Shown piece after piece: positions 1 through 9,938 of a stretch of DNA of 64,000 nucleotides. The stretch is taken from NCBI GenBank assembly GCA_026986575.1, contig JALSOH010000004.1:819082-883081 (forward strand). The letters are read 5' to 3'. A program made the translations under genes and the position numbers. The DNA comes from Thermoproteota archaeon. GTDB taxonomy: Archaea > Korarchaeota > Korarchaeia > Korarchaeales > Korarchaeaceae. Below the pieces are notes generated by a model. That model ran no database searches. It was given only the letters and a program-made list of their open reading frames with translations, and had not been told where the DNA came from. Within the stretch, counting starts at the first letter, position 1; every line of letters begins with the position of its first letter.

Positions 1-449
1 CAGAAGGGTTCGCAGCCTATCCTCACTAGATCGCGTGGACTTAACCTCACACAGATGTACTCGCTGCCAGCGGATCCCACAACCCAGTCGAGGGAGATGA
101 GGGCCCTGTCGATGTAGCACGGCATGATACCGTGGAAGGCGAAGGAAGAGATGCTTCCCAGTTCGTATCCAAGGACGGAGAGGATCTCATCATGTCTCGC
201 CAACCTTGGCCTCTTCAGCCCGGAGGCGGACCTCAATCTCCTCAGGTCAACCCTCCTGTCCCCCCGAGGTGATGACGAAGACGAAGTTCCCCCTCTCCAC
301 GAAGACTAGGGTCTTCAGGACTCTATTGAGCGGAATGCCCGGGACTTGGCTGCCTCCTCCGAGGTCCTCCCGCTCACTCCATGCTAGATTATCTCTCCAC
401 CAATTCTTAGGGCCTCCATCGTACGTAAGGCCCTCTTCACGGGATCCAC
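1..449 (-). pseudogene. YbaK/aminoacyl-tRNA editing domain protein, disrupted (in-frame TAG plus frameshifts), runs off the left edge
   Basis: Stitched minus-strand reading MDPVKRALRTMEALRIGGEII*HGVSGRTSEEAAK..GIPLNRVLKTLVF...GYELGSISSF...CYIDRAL..WVVGSAGSEY matches the YbaK KTLV and GY-x-x-G motifs. Confidence 0.75.
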
Positions 450-598
450 ATGCCCGAGCGTTCGGGCATAATATAATTAACCTAAGGAGACCGCGGACCA
501 TAGCATCGGCTGTTCCGCCCACCGGAGTTGTTCAACTCAAGATACTCACATCCGTAGACGGGCCCCATCTTTATTAGCCGGAACGGGCCTACTCACCG

Positions 599-913
599 AT
601 GCTCCCGATAGTAGTAGAGGCCTCCGCCTCTGAGTCGTGGCTGGACTCGGTGATAAAGTTCTCCCAGGAGCTCAGGTCCCACTTCGGCAGGAGGCTCCTC
701 AGGGTCATAGCCCTTCCCAGCCCCGATCAGGAGGTCCACGACTCCAACGTCCTCGTGGTCCTCGACAGGTATGACCTGAGCGATGTGGATGCCGTTGTAG
801 AGATCGCCTCCCGCGTCGATGAGAGGATAAACCCCTTGGTCGCCAGTGCCGACGAGGAGGACGAGGTGGAGGCCTTCCTTCAAGCCGGTGGTAGGGATGT
901 CCAAGCTGGTTAA
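599..913 (+). CDS. Minimal nucleotidyltransferase (MNT)-like antitoxin
   Basis: 104 aa, DSNVLVVLD motif, overlaps the downstream HEPN gene. Confidence 0.7.
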   Translation: MLPIVVEASASESWLDSVIKFSQELRSHFGRRLLRVIALPSPDQEVHDSNVLVVLDRYDLSDVDAVVEIASRVDERINPLVASADEEDEVEAFLQAGGRDVQAG

Positions 914-1259
914 GTCTAGAGTCCTAATGGAGGAGGCAGAGAAGGACTTGGAGCACGGTTCTTACAACAAGGCCGTGTCCGCTTCCTACTTCGCCACTAG
1001 GTTACTGGTAGAGCATCTGATAAGGGGTTTGAAGACCTCAAAGGACGACAAGATAGCTAATGCCCTCCAAAGGCGATTGGAGGAGAGGATAGGGGAGGAG
1101 AGAGCTCGAGATATAAAGGAGAGGTACCTCAAGCTCTTCATGAGGAGGAAGATCGCTGATCACAAACCCTATCTCTTCTCGAAGGACGAGGCGGAATGGA
1201 CGGTGTTGGAAGCTAAGAGGCTGATGGAGGAGATAATGGAGGCCCTCTCCCCGAGGTGA
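897..1259 (+). CDS. HEPN domain protein (HEPN-MNT toxin-antitoxin)
   Basis: EAEKDLEHGSYNKAVSASYFA helix and RKIADH motif; ATG at 897. Confidence 0.8.
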   Translation: MSKLVKSRVLMEEAEKDLEHGSYNKAVSASYFATRLLVEHLIRGLKTSKDDKIANALQRRLEERIGEERARDIKERYLKLFMRRKIADHKPYLFSKDEAEWTVLEAKRLMEEIMEALSPR

Positions 1260-1292
1260 ATGCTTAAGTCCTGTTGGAACCTCCCAACCCAG

Positions 1293-3227
1293 ATGAAAGT
1301 CGCTTGCCAGAGGGACTGCCTTGACGGCTGCGTTCTAATCTTGGAGGGCGAGGGTTCTGAGGCCTCGGTGCGGGGCGATCCCGATCATCAGGTCACTAGG
1401 GGGTTCACATGTCCTAAGGCCCTGAACTTTCCCCGCTACTATTCTAGCGGAAGGAGAGTCCTCTACCCACATATCAGGACCGTAAATGGGTTCAAGAGGG
1501 TGAGCTGGGACCAAGCTCTGGATTTAATCGCCTCCAAGCTCAAGGAGGTGGTGAGGGAACATGGCCCACAGGAGATCCTCGTATTCAACTACTCTGGCAA
1601 CACGGGACTAATAAACTTCAACTATCCGCTCAGGCTTGCCTACGCCCTCAACGCCTATCGGGTGCATTACACGATATGTGACGAGGCTGGTGAACTTGCG
1701 CTGGAGCTTCACTACGGCATGCGCTACGGGGCCTTTCCGGAAGACCTTGAAAGGGCCGAGATGGTCGTGGTGTGGGGTGCAAACCCGGCCTCGTCCAGCG
1801 TGCACGCCTATCGCATCTTGGTAGACCTGAAGGTCAGGGGAGTGCCCATCTGGGTGATCGATCCTAGAAGGACGAGAACATCTCTGCTGGGGAATTACGT
1901 CAGGATAAAACCGGGAACTGATTCCTTACTGGCTGCAGGCATCTCTTGGTATCTGATAAATGAGATCGGCGTGGACGAGGACTTCATATCGAAATACACG
2001 GTGGGCTTCGAGGAGTACTCGCGACATATCTCCAAGTACACTCCCGAACTCGTGGAGAAGGTTACCGGAGTTCCCAAGCGGATAGTAAGGGAACTGGCAG
2101 AAGAATACGCTGAGCTTAAGCCCAGCGTCACGTATATCGGTGTGGGAATGCAGAAGACCAAGTATGGAGCTGAAGCTGTCCGCATCATCTCCCTAATACC
2201 TGCGCTGGTGGGAGTTCACAGAGGTTTCTTCTTCTGCAACTCCTCTCGGGACTTCGACACCGCTTACCTGCAGGCCAGGCATCTGGGGGAGGACAGGAGG
2301 GTCAACATGCTGGACGTTCCCTCCATGCTCTCCTCAGGTCGCTTCAAGTTCCTCTACATCTACAACTCAAATCCCGCAGTTACCCTACCTAGGTCAGACC
2401 TCTTCCGAAAGGGCATGAGGAGGGAGGACTTGTTCTCCGTAGTGCACGATGTGATGTGGACTGAAACGGCGGAGCTGGCTGATGTAGTACTCCCAGCCAC
2501 TGGGATGTTCGAACAGGAGGATTTCGTCGCCAGCTGGTGGCACCCCTATCTCGCTTACTCCCCCAAGGTCTGGGAGCCACTTGGGGAAAGCAGGCCTAAT
2601 TGGTGGGTTGTCCAGGAACTGTCCAAGAAGCTTGGGATAGAGACGCCTGAATTCAAGGAGGATCCCATCCGAGCTTTCGAAGGGGCTGTGAAGGGAAGTA
2701 TGATGCTCAGGGTTCCCGTTGAGGAGGTGATGAGGAGGGGTTATGTGAGGCTGGAATACCCGCCGAAGCACGAGTACCAAACCCCCTCCGGCAGGATAGA
2801 ATTCTACAGCAGCACAGCGGAGAGGCTTGGCTATTCTCCCCTTCCGGTCTTAGAGTGGGAGGAGGTCGATCTCGACTACCCATACGTCCTCATCACTAGT
2901 TCGGTTCCGAAGAGGACATCCTCGCAGGATGCCATGCCGAGGGATCTCCCGGTGAGGGATCACGTTCACATCAGTTGTGAAGATGCCAGCAAACTGGGAC
3001 TGAAATCAGGGGATCTGGTCCTCATTCGCTCCCCGTGGTCCGAAGCTATCTCAACGGTCGAGATCGACGATTCCCTCCCTAGCGGAGTATTATGGGCTAG
3101 GAGATCAGCCAAATTCATCAAGGGCACGGTCAACGATCTCCTGCAGGATGAAAAGCAAGTCATAGCCGGTGGAAACTCGCTCAACAGCAGCAGGGTATCG
3201 ATTGAGGTGCTGGTCAGTGGGAGTTAA
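1293..3227 (+). CDS. Molybdopterin-dependent oxidoreductase (DMSO reductase family) with N-terminal 4Fe-4S motif
   Basis: CQRDCLDGC..GFTCPK, VVWGANP, IDPRRT, NSNPA, TETAELADVVLPA, TPSGRIE; start may be 1260. Confidence 0.9.
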   Translation: MKVACQRDCLDGCVLILEGEGSEASVRGDPDHQVTRGFTCPKALNFPRYYSSGRRVLYPHIRTVNGFKRVSWDQALDLIASKLKEVVREHGPQEILVFNYSGNTGLINFNYPLRLAYALNAYRVHYTICDEAGELALELHYGMRYGAFPEDLERAEMVVVWGANPASSSVHAYRILVDLKVRGVPIWVIDPRRTRTSLLGNYVRIKPGTDSLLAAGISWYLINEIGVDEDFISKYTVGFEEYSRHISKYTPELVEKVTGVPKRIVRELAEEYAELKPSVTYIGVGMQKTKYGAEAVRIISLIPALVGVHRGFFFCNSSRDFDTAYLQARHLGEDRRVNMLDVPSMLSSGRFKFLYIYNSNPAVTLPRSDLFRKGMRREDLFSVVHDVMWTETAELADVVLPATGMFEQEDFVASWWHPYLAYSPKVWEPLGESRPNWWVVQELSKKLGIETPEFKEDPIRAFEGAVKGSMMLRVPVEEVMRRGYVRLEYPPKHEYQTPSGRIEFYSSTAERLGYSPLPVLEWEEVDLDYPYVLITSSVPKRTSSQDAMPRDLPVRDHVHISCEDASKLGLKSGDLVLIRSPWSEAISTVEIDDSLPSGVLWARRSAKFIKGTVNDLLQDEKQVIAGGNSLNSSRVSIEVLVSGS

Positions 3228-3291
3228 CGAATTTCCCGCAAGAATCCTAGGAAGGATTATCATATTCCTCCCCCTCATTTTTGGGATTATC

Positions 3292-4548
3292 ATGAAGGTA
3301 AGCGATTTACTTAAGGGAGAAGTACCCGTTGGGAGAGCAGTCGAGCTCGAGGGAACTATAATTGAGATACTTCCGTCCTTCTCGCTCGGAGACATAGTTT
3401 ATGAGAGGTTCTCATTGGAGGACGGTACGGGACAGCTCACTGTGATCCTACCCGCATCACCCAAGTACTTCCTCCCCGACGACAAGGTGAAGGTGAGGGG
3501 AAGGGTCAGACCCTGCCCGTACGCCCCGTCAGTGACCTGTTTGGAGACATCGGGGGACGACATCGACATCTTGGAGTGGAAGTGGATAGAACCCAGATTC
3601 AGGGAAGGAGCTGCAAAGAGAGGAGCATTCGACGTAAATGCCCTCCTCCAAGTCACCAAGTTCGACCGAGAGCTCATCAGAGGGGTGGTCGAGACCGGTC
3701 TGGACCCGCTCAGGATGAGGGAGAGATTCGAGGAGAATATTTCCTCCGGAAAAGATGTGAGGTACCTAGTAGATGCGATAGCGGCCATGACCATGTACGC
3801 CATATTCCTCAGGGATCTACCGGCGGCGAAGAGCGTTAAGACAACCCTCTACTTGCTGAGAGATTTGAAGCTCCCTGAGAGCGAGCGCAGGGTCTTGGAG
3901 CTCCTAGGGGAGATGATCGACGCCTTGGTGAGCAGAGAAGGTCTGGCCCCCTACATATCACCGCCCGAAGCCATTCAGGGGGTAGTGGAGAGGTACCCGG
4001 TGGCGGAGGAGGACGAGATAGAGGGTCTCCCGAGGCTTGGCTTTCTGGCTAAGAGGATAATAGAGGATCTCAGGGAGGGAAAGAAGGAGTTCCTGATAGT
4101 GGAGATATCCGATGGCTCCCAAGTTATGGAGGCGAGGAAGATGGCCGAGGTAGCTGCGGGGGTCGCGAAAGCGAAGCTCTACTACATGCCAATCTCCTCA
4201 CTCAGTTCGGTCGAGGGGATGGGTCAGGTGATATCGGACCTCAAGAGCATCGTGGAGGGAATCAAGCCGGATGAAAAGGTGGTTTTCTACATGGAGGGGC
4301 TTGAGCTCCTCGTTCCCAGCGAGAGGATGATGGAGATGATGAAACTCACCCCTCAAGGGGTATCAGCGGCCAAGGCGTTCAAGGCCGACCTCATGAAGAC
4401 GCTGGAATCCTTATTGGATAAGGCCATCGTGGTGTCTGTGACTAGCTCAAAGGTCCTCATAGACGACGAGCTGGCCTCTAGGGCAGCCCAGATAGTCTCA
4501 GGCGAGACGGGGATGGGAATAAGTGGGGGAGGATACCCTCCCTACTGA
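3292..4548 (+). CDS. Hypothetical protein: N-terminal OB fold plus C-terminal degenerate AAA+-like domain
   Basis: VELEGTI..FSLEDGTGQLTV..DKVKVRGRV (OB fold); VVFYMEGLELL and VVSVTSSKVLIDDELASRA resemble Walker B and the second region of homology, with no Walker A. Confidence 0.6.
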   Translation: MKVSDLLKGEVPVGRAVELEGTIIEILPSFSLGDIVYERFSLEDGTGQLTVILPASPKYFLPDDKVKVRGRVRPCPYAPSVTCLETSGDDIDILEWKWIEPRFREGAAKRGAFDVNALLQVTKFDRELIRGVVETGLDPLRMRERFEENISSGKDVRYLVDAIAAMTMYAIFLRDLPAAKSVKTTLYLLRDLKLPESERRVLELLGEMIDALVSREGLAPYISPPEAIQGVVERYPVAEEDEIEGLPRLGFLAKRIIEDLREGKKEFLIVEISDGSQVMEARKMAEVAAGVAKAKLYYMPISSLSSVEGMGQVISDLKSIVEGIKPDEKVVFYMEGLELLVPSERMMEMMKLTPQGVSAAKAFKADLMKTLESLLDKAIVVSVTSSKVLIDDELASRAAQIVSGETGMGISGGGYPPY

Positions 4549-4950
4549 TCACTCCCTCAATATGGTCATCACGGGCCTCCTAGTTGCCTTGGCCACTCTC
4601 TCCGAGATGCTCCTCCCCACGACCTTTCCCAAACCCTTTCTTCTTCTCTTGAACATGATAATCAGGTCATACTTCCCTTCCTCAGCCTCCTCGACTATGG
4701 CATCGGCCACATCCCTCGCCTCGGCCACGACCACTCTAGTGGGGATACCCATGCTCCTCAGCTCTTGAGCTAGATCCCTCAACCACTCGGGGGTGTTCAC
4801 TTCAACGTCGAGAGGCGTGGTTATGGGGACCTTCACCACGTGAAAGATGGTCAGTTCGCTCCCCCCTTCTAGTTGGGAGAGTGCCGCCACTATTTCCCTC
4901 GCATCCACCCTATCTTTGAGGGGGAGCAGCACCTTTCTCAGCTTAACCAC
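4549..4950 (-). CDS. Universal stress protein (UspA family)
   Basis: KVLLPL..IFHV..AIVEEAEEGKYDLIIM..GRSISERVAKATRRPVM. Confidence 0.9.
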   Translation of the reverse strand: MVKLRKVLLPLKDRVDAREIVAALSQLEGGSELTIFHVVKVPITTPLDVEVNTPEWLRDLAQELRSMGIPTRVVVAEARDVADAIVEEAEEGKYDLIIMFKRRRKGLGKVVGRSISERVAKATRRPVMTILRE

Positions 4951-5003
4951 CTCTTTTTATTCTCAGCAACCGTTTTAAGCTCTTTCTACTCCTTGAGCTC
5001 CCG

Positions 5004-5351
5004 GTGGAAATGAGGGTTCGGGAGGATCCAACCACTTCATTCGTGAGAGGGAGCTACCGTCTCCTCATCTTAGCGTTGCTAGAAAGCTCTGTAATGCACG
5101 GTTATCAGATTTTAAAGAATTTAGAAGGGCTGACGGGACAGAAACCAAAGATAAGCACCCTCTACTCTATACTGAAGGACATGGAGAGGAGCGGACTCCT
5201 CCGCTCGAGGGTGGAGGATGCTAGGAGGATATACCAGCTCACGGAGAGGGGAAGGCAGGTTTTGGATGAGTTCAGGTCTAAGCTGGGCGAGGGGGCGCTG
5301 AGGATACTGGAGTTCATAATGAGACCTAGGACCCTCTCGTCTAATCGTTAG
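5004..5351 (+). CDS. PadR family transcriptional regulator
   Basis: ILALL..MHGYQI..STLYSILKDMERSGLL..RRIYQLTERG. Confidence 0.92.
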   Translation: MEMRVREDPTTSFVRGSYRLLILALLESSVMHGYQILKNLEGLTGQKPKISTLYSILKDMERSGLLRSRVEDARRIYQLTERGRQVLDEFRSKLGEGALRILEFIMRPRTLSSNR

Positions 5352-5399
5352 AAGCGTTACTTCTAATAATTTATATATTTATCAGAACAGCAACTTCTA

Positions 5400-6608
5400 A
5401 TGAGTATGCTCGAGTGGCAGAACCCTTGGTGGGGGGGGAAGAAGAGCAAGGTAGTCCTTAAATGGGAGGAAAGAAAGTACAAGTGGGTCCCCTCGTGGTT
5501 AAACGAGATATCTCTTGAGCCGTTCTCTCTCAACTTCGTGATGGGCCCCAGGCAGGTGGGAAAGACCACGGGCCTTCACCTTCTCATAGACAGGCTTATT
5601 AAGGGCGGGGTGGAGCCACAAAGGATATTCTTCCTCGATCTGGACCTCGTATGGGATCTGGATTCCTTCAAGAGGGCTCTGGACGACTACCTGAGGATGA
5701 GAGCTTATGAGGGTCACGACTCGTCCTACATAATCTTGGACGAGGTGACTAGCTTGGAAGGGTGGTGGAGGCTTGTCAAGGGCTACATTGACCTGGGGAT
5801 CTTTGACAACGATGTGCTGATTCTCACAGGATCCTCCTCCCTGAGGGTGAAGGGGAACGCAGAGCTCTTTCCTGGCAGGATGGGTAAGGGAGTCGAGGTG
5901 GAAGCTTTGCCCCTTTCCTTTCGGGAGTTCCTCCAAGTGAAGGGGATCGAGGTGAAGAGGACCGGGAATCTAGAGAAGGATATGGTCTCACTTCTTCCGG
6001 TTAGGGAGAGGGTTAGAGGACTGTTTCGAGAGTACATGAGATTCGGGGGATATCCCCTCTCCGTAAATGAAGATCCAGCGGCCGAGGAATCCTTCATAAG
6101 ATCCGTCATCGGCGAGCTGCTGAGATTGGGGAGGAACCCCTCCCTGGCCTCGGCCGTAGTGGGATCCCTGCTCAGGAAGGCTCCCTCTCCCCTGTCTTAC
6201 AGCTCCATAGGCTCAGATGTGGGAATATCATACAAGACCGTCAGGGACTACTTGGAGGTGCTTAAGGGATTGATGATGATTGGGGAAGCTCCATTCATGG
6301 AGTCGGGCTCGGTAAAATGGAGAAAGGAGAGGAAATATTTCATGAGAGATCCCTTCCTCGTAAGGTCCTTGGCTGGCTGGGTGGGAGTGGATCCCTTACC
6401 CAGTGCCATGCACGAGTGGGTCGTGCAAGAGCACCTCCTCAGGAGGTTCGGAAGAGTCTATTACTGGAGAGACGGATATGAAGTTGACGCCGTTGCCAAC
6501 GGGCTCAAGGTCGAGGTCAAGGCCGGAAAGCCCCACAGAAGATATCCTAGGGATGTCCTGATCTTAGATGAGGATAACATAGCCGACTTCCTAGCGGTAA
6601 TCGTCTGA
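5400..6608 (+). CDS. AAA+ ATPase (AAA_14/DUF4143-type) with C-terminal PD-(D/E)xK-like motif
   Basis: GPRQVGKT, IILDEV, LTGSSS, GGYP, EVD..VEVK. Confidence 0.9.
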   Translation: MSMLEWQNPWWGGKKSKVVLKWEERKYKWVPSWLNEISLEPFSLNFVMGPRQVGKTTGLHLLIDRLIKGGVEPQRIFFLDLDLVWDLDSFKRALDDYLRMRAYEGHDSSYIILDEVTSLEGWWRLVKGYIDLGIFDNDVLILTGSSSLRVKGNAELFPGRMGKGVEVEALPLSFREFLQVKGIEVKRTGNLEKDMVSLLPVRERVRGLFREYMRFGGYPLSVNEDPAAEESFIRSVIGELLRLGRNPSLASAVVGSLLRKAPSPLSYSSIGSDVGISYKTVRDYLEVLKGLMMIGEAPFMESGSVKWRKERKYFMRDPFLVRSLAGWVGVDPLPSAMHEWVVQEHLLRRFGRVYYWRDGYEVDAVANGLKVEVKAGKPHRRYPRDVLILDEDNIADFLAVIV

Positions 6609-6610
6609 TC

Positions 6611-7321
6611 CTAAGGTCTTCTGGCCTTGATGGCCACAAAAGTTCCTAAGAGAGCCCTCTTCACCTTGATAATCTCGAACTTCTCCCCAATTATGCTGGT
6701 GAATTCGGAGGTCGTTAACATGCTTCTAAAGGTTGGGTAGAGAGCCTTCCATGGCGTATCAAAGCTCCCGTATATGGGTATGGAGATAAGGGGGACCAAA
6801 GTCCTGAGGTAGAGGCCCACCAGCCAAGCGAAAGCCCTGTTGTCCGGTCTGACTAGGTCCAAGACTAGGAGCTGGCCGCCCGGCTTGAGCACCCTCCTGA
6901 ACTCACTTAAAGCTCCGTAAAGGTCCCTTGCATCCCTCAAAGCATAAGCTGTTACGATGACATCTACGGAGCTGTTGGGTAGAGGTACGGATTCGAAGGT
7001 GGCCTCCAAGAAGTTTAGCTCAACGTCGCCAGCGATGCCTCTCAGATTATCGAAGGCCGCCTTCAGCATCGACGGCAGCGGATCCAAGCAGTAGAGCTTA
7101 CCCTCTCTCATCCTCTTCAGTATGTGGACTGACATGTTCCCTGGTCCACAGCCAGCGTCCAGCACTGTCATGCCATCATCCAGCGCTGCCATGCCGGCGA
7201 GGACTTTCCTCATCCTCTCGCTGTAACCTAGAGTGATCACCCTGTTCACAGCCTCGTACTTCCTGACCGTCCTGTCCAGAGCGCTGACTATCTCCTTCCA
7301 AGTGCCGTCCTCCAAGCCCAC
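6611..7321 (-). CDS. UbiE/MenG-family SAM-dependent methyltransferase
   Basis: YEAVNRVITLG, VLDAGCGPG, AYALR, RVLKPGG. Confidence 0.85.
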   Translation of the reverse strand: MGLEDGTWKEIVSALDRTVRKYEAVNRVITLGYSERMRKVLAGMAALDDGMTVLDAGCGPGNMSVHILKRMREGKLYCLDPLPSMLKAAFDNLRGIAGDVELNFLEATFESVPLPNSSVDVIVTAYALRDARDLYGALSEFRRVLKPGGQLLVLDLVRPDNRAFAWLVGLYLRTLVPLISIPIYGSFDTPWKALYPTFRSMLTTSEFTSIIGEKFEIIKVKRALLGTFVAIKARRP

Positions 7322-7401
7322 GCGCCGAGCTGCCTTGAAGAGGTTAAAAGGTTATCACTGAGGAGGCCTCAAGTTTTTCTCCTCTCCGCTCGCGATCCCG
7401 T

Positions 7402-8366
7402 ATGGAGCTGCTGTACCTCTCCTACCAAGATATATCTTCCTTGAGTATCCCCCTGTCCGATATAATAAGGGTCGTGGAGAATGCGTTCCGTCAGAAGGGA
7501 GAGGGTCTGGCTGAGATGCCCCCCAAGCCGGAATTCATCCTCGACCGGACTCATTTATTCATGCGATGCCGGCTTACCTCAAGGGTAGCGATGCTGCTGG
7601 CTTGAAGTGGGTATCTGGCTATCCGGAAAATCCCAAGAGGGGTCTCCCCTACATAACTGGCCTATTCATTCTCAATGACCCTAATACTGGGGTGCCGGTA
7701 GCCGTGATGGATGCCATGTGGATAACCGCCTATAGAACGGCTGCAGCCACGGCCGTTGCAGCCAAGTACCTAGCTAGGGAGGATAGCGAGGTCCTAGCGG
7801 TGCTGGGTTGCGGGACTCAAGGTAAGACCAATACCTTGATGCTTAGGGAGTTGCTCCCCATAAAGACCGTCTGGGCATATGACATCGATCCGAAGGCCCT
7901 CGACAGGTATGAGGAGTTCGTTAAGGAGAGGATCGATGTGGAGATCATCAGGGCCTCCTCACCCAAGGAAGCGGTGGAGCACGCCGACATTATAGTTACA
8001 GCAGGCCCGATCCTCAAGAACCCGAATCCAGTTATAGAGGCGGACTGGGTGAGGGAGGGTGCCACCGCTGTACCGCTGGACTTCGACTCCTACTGGAAAT
8101 CCTCGGCCATAGCCTCGATGGACAAGTTCTACACGGATGATGTGGATCAACTGAAGTACTACATAGAAGAAGGATGGATTCGTCCCATAGAGAGGATAGA
8201 TGGAGATTTGGGTGAGGTCGTTGCCGGGAAGAAGCCCGGCAGGGAGGGAGACCACGAGAGGATAATGTCCATGAATCTGGGGCTAGCTATAGAGGATGTC
8301 GCAACGGGGAAGCTAATCTACGATCTAGCCAAGAAAAAGAGAGTTGGGAGGAAGCTTCCCCTTTGA
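7402..8366 (+). CDS. Ornithine cyclodeaminase/alanine dehydrogenase (mu-crystallin) family, split by a 1-nt frameshift near 7530
   Basis: Restoring one G in CCG GAA gives MPPKPGIHPRPDSFIHAMPAYL; then GLKWVSGYPEN, TAYRTAAA, GCGTQG, GLAIEDVA. Confidence 0.88.
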
Positions 8367-8848
8367 TGCTCGGGTTAGGGGTGCCCGTCGCTAGAGTGGT
8401 CTTAGGGGTGGAGGCCTCCACCTACGGGGAGGTAGGCCTCTGCCTTGACCTCTTCTTCTCCAAGTGGGCTTCCTCCCTCGACGAGTTCGTACCCCTCTTA
8501 ATACCCGAGCAGAGGTTTATGGGGGCTGTAGATAGCTCTTACCTCGAGCTCGAACCTCTTGTATCTCCTGAAGAGTTCGTTGAGAGGTTTTCGATCGCAT
8601 ACAGGAGGTATGCCGAGCGAGTGAACGATCTCAGGGAGAAGCTGCTTCAGGTAAGGAGATCCTATCGATTCAATCTCCTGATTCCTCCCTCGCCGTCGCA
8701 GCTTCATGCTGAGGACATACTAGTGAAGGAGATAGGGCTGATCGAGGGTTCCGTAAGGGGGGTTAATCTAATACTTGGACTTAACGAGTGGGATAAAATC
8801 GAGGAGGTGAGCTTGACAGCGTGGCAGGATAATTCGATGCTGGCTTGA
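8363..8848 (+). CDS. Hypothetical protein
   Basis: 161-aa ORF overlapping the upstream stop; typical codon usage. Confidence 0.55.
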   Translation: MMLGLGVPVARVVLGVEASTYGEVGLCLDLFFSKWASSLDEFVPLLIPEQRFMGAVDSSYLELEPLVSPEEFVERFSIAYRRYAERVNDLREKLLQVRRSYRFNLLIPPSPSQLHAEDILVKEIGLIEGSVRGVNLILGLNEWDKIEEVSLTAWQDNSMLA

Positions 8849-9178
8849 CGTGTTCTCTCCGAGGGGTTACTTCAGGTTTGGGGAGAGGTCTAACCTCTTA
8901 GCTACGCTGATAAGATCAAATCCCCAGCTACGAGATTTTCTATCGTCATTGACCAATGGATAGTGCTTCTCTATTGGAGAGAGTGGCTAAATTGGAGTTA
9001 TTGATCCACATATCAGGCAGATTTCTACAACCACGCGCCTTAATTCGATAAGATACCAGCCCACGATACTTGGCCTATGACCTCGGGAAATTTGTTAGGA
9101 CATGGTGGAAAACCCGAAGCGCGGGATCCTAAATCAAATCCAATTCATGAAGTGCCATTAAGAACAAAAGCAACGATA

Positions 9179-9868
9179 TCACTTCTCAGTTAGCCTCCTA
9201 TAGATCTTCCTACCGGTATCATTTCTCACGTATCCGCTCTCCAGAGCTGGTATCACTAGATCTGGTCGATCTGTGGTAATGGCGTCCACGCCTATTTTAG
9301 CTAGGGCGAGGGCCTGCTCCGCATCGTTCACCGTCCACACGTATGTGAGGCCACCCACCTCCTTCATCTCGCTCAGAAGGGCCTCGTCCACATAGGAGAG
9401 CTCGACTGACAGCCCGTCAGCCATCGCGTCGGCCATGACCCTAGCGGGTCTGGCTGGCCTGTCCTGTATAGACGCCAGCATCAAGTAGTTGCCCTCTAGC
9501 TCCGGTCTGAGCTTCCTGAGGATGTTGTGGTATTTAGAGCTGATCGCGACACTCCCGTCCCCGGGCAGGGAGCTGAAGATCTTGGGATCCACCTCTGGGG
9601 TCTTGAGGTCTAAGACTAGGGAGACATCCCTCTCTACGACCTCCCTCACGATCCTGTCCAGCGATTCGCCCCTAGGTTCTGGGAAAAAGATCCTCCTCAA
9701 CAGGGCCTCCCTCAAGGTAGCGGGCTTTATGCCAGCTACATGCCTGACCTCGCTCCCCGTTATGTCCACCTCTACCGCATCGACTCCCAGCTGTAGGTAG
9801 AGCCTGAGCTTGGTAAGGGTGTTCGCCCTATGTCCCACTATGAGCGGACGCATCCAAGGGGCGTGCAT
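9179..9868 (-). CDS. Glycerophosphodiester phosphodiesterase family protein
   Basis: IVGHRAN, AVEVD, LDLK, VWTVND, GVDAITTDRP. Confidence 0.9.
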   Translation of the reverse strand: MHAPWMRPLIVGHRANTLTKLRLYLQLGVDAVEVDITGSEVRHVAGIKPATLREALLRRIFFPEPRGESLDRIVREVVERDVSLVLDLKTPEVDPKIFSSLPGDGSVAISSKYHNILRKLRPELEGNYLMLASIQDRPARPARVMADAMADGLSVELSYVDEALLSEMKEVGGLTYVWTVNDAEQALALAKIGVDAITTDRPDLVIPALESGYVRNDTGRKIYRRLTEK

Positions 9869-9938
9869 CCTAACAATTTAAACGTGCCTGAGCCAGCCAG
9901 AACTGGGCCGGGAAATCACATGGGAAGAGAAAAACTAT

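Noticed and set aside
7520-7540. Programmed frameshift in the cyclodeaminase gene
   Set aside because: No clear slippery heptamer or stimulatory structure; a dropped G explains it
8914-8926. 13-mer GATCAAATCCCCA also present at 58320
   Set aside because: Matches of this length are expected by chance in 64 kb and the flanks do not align
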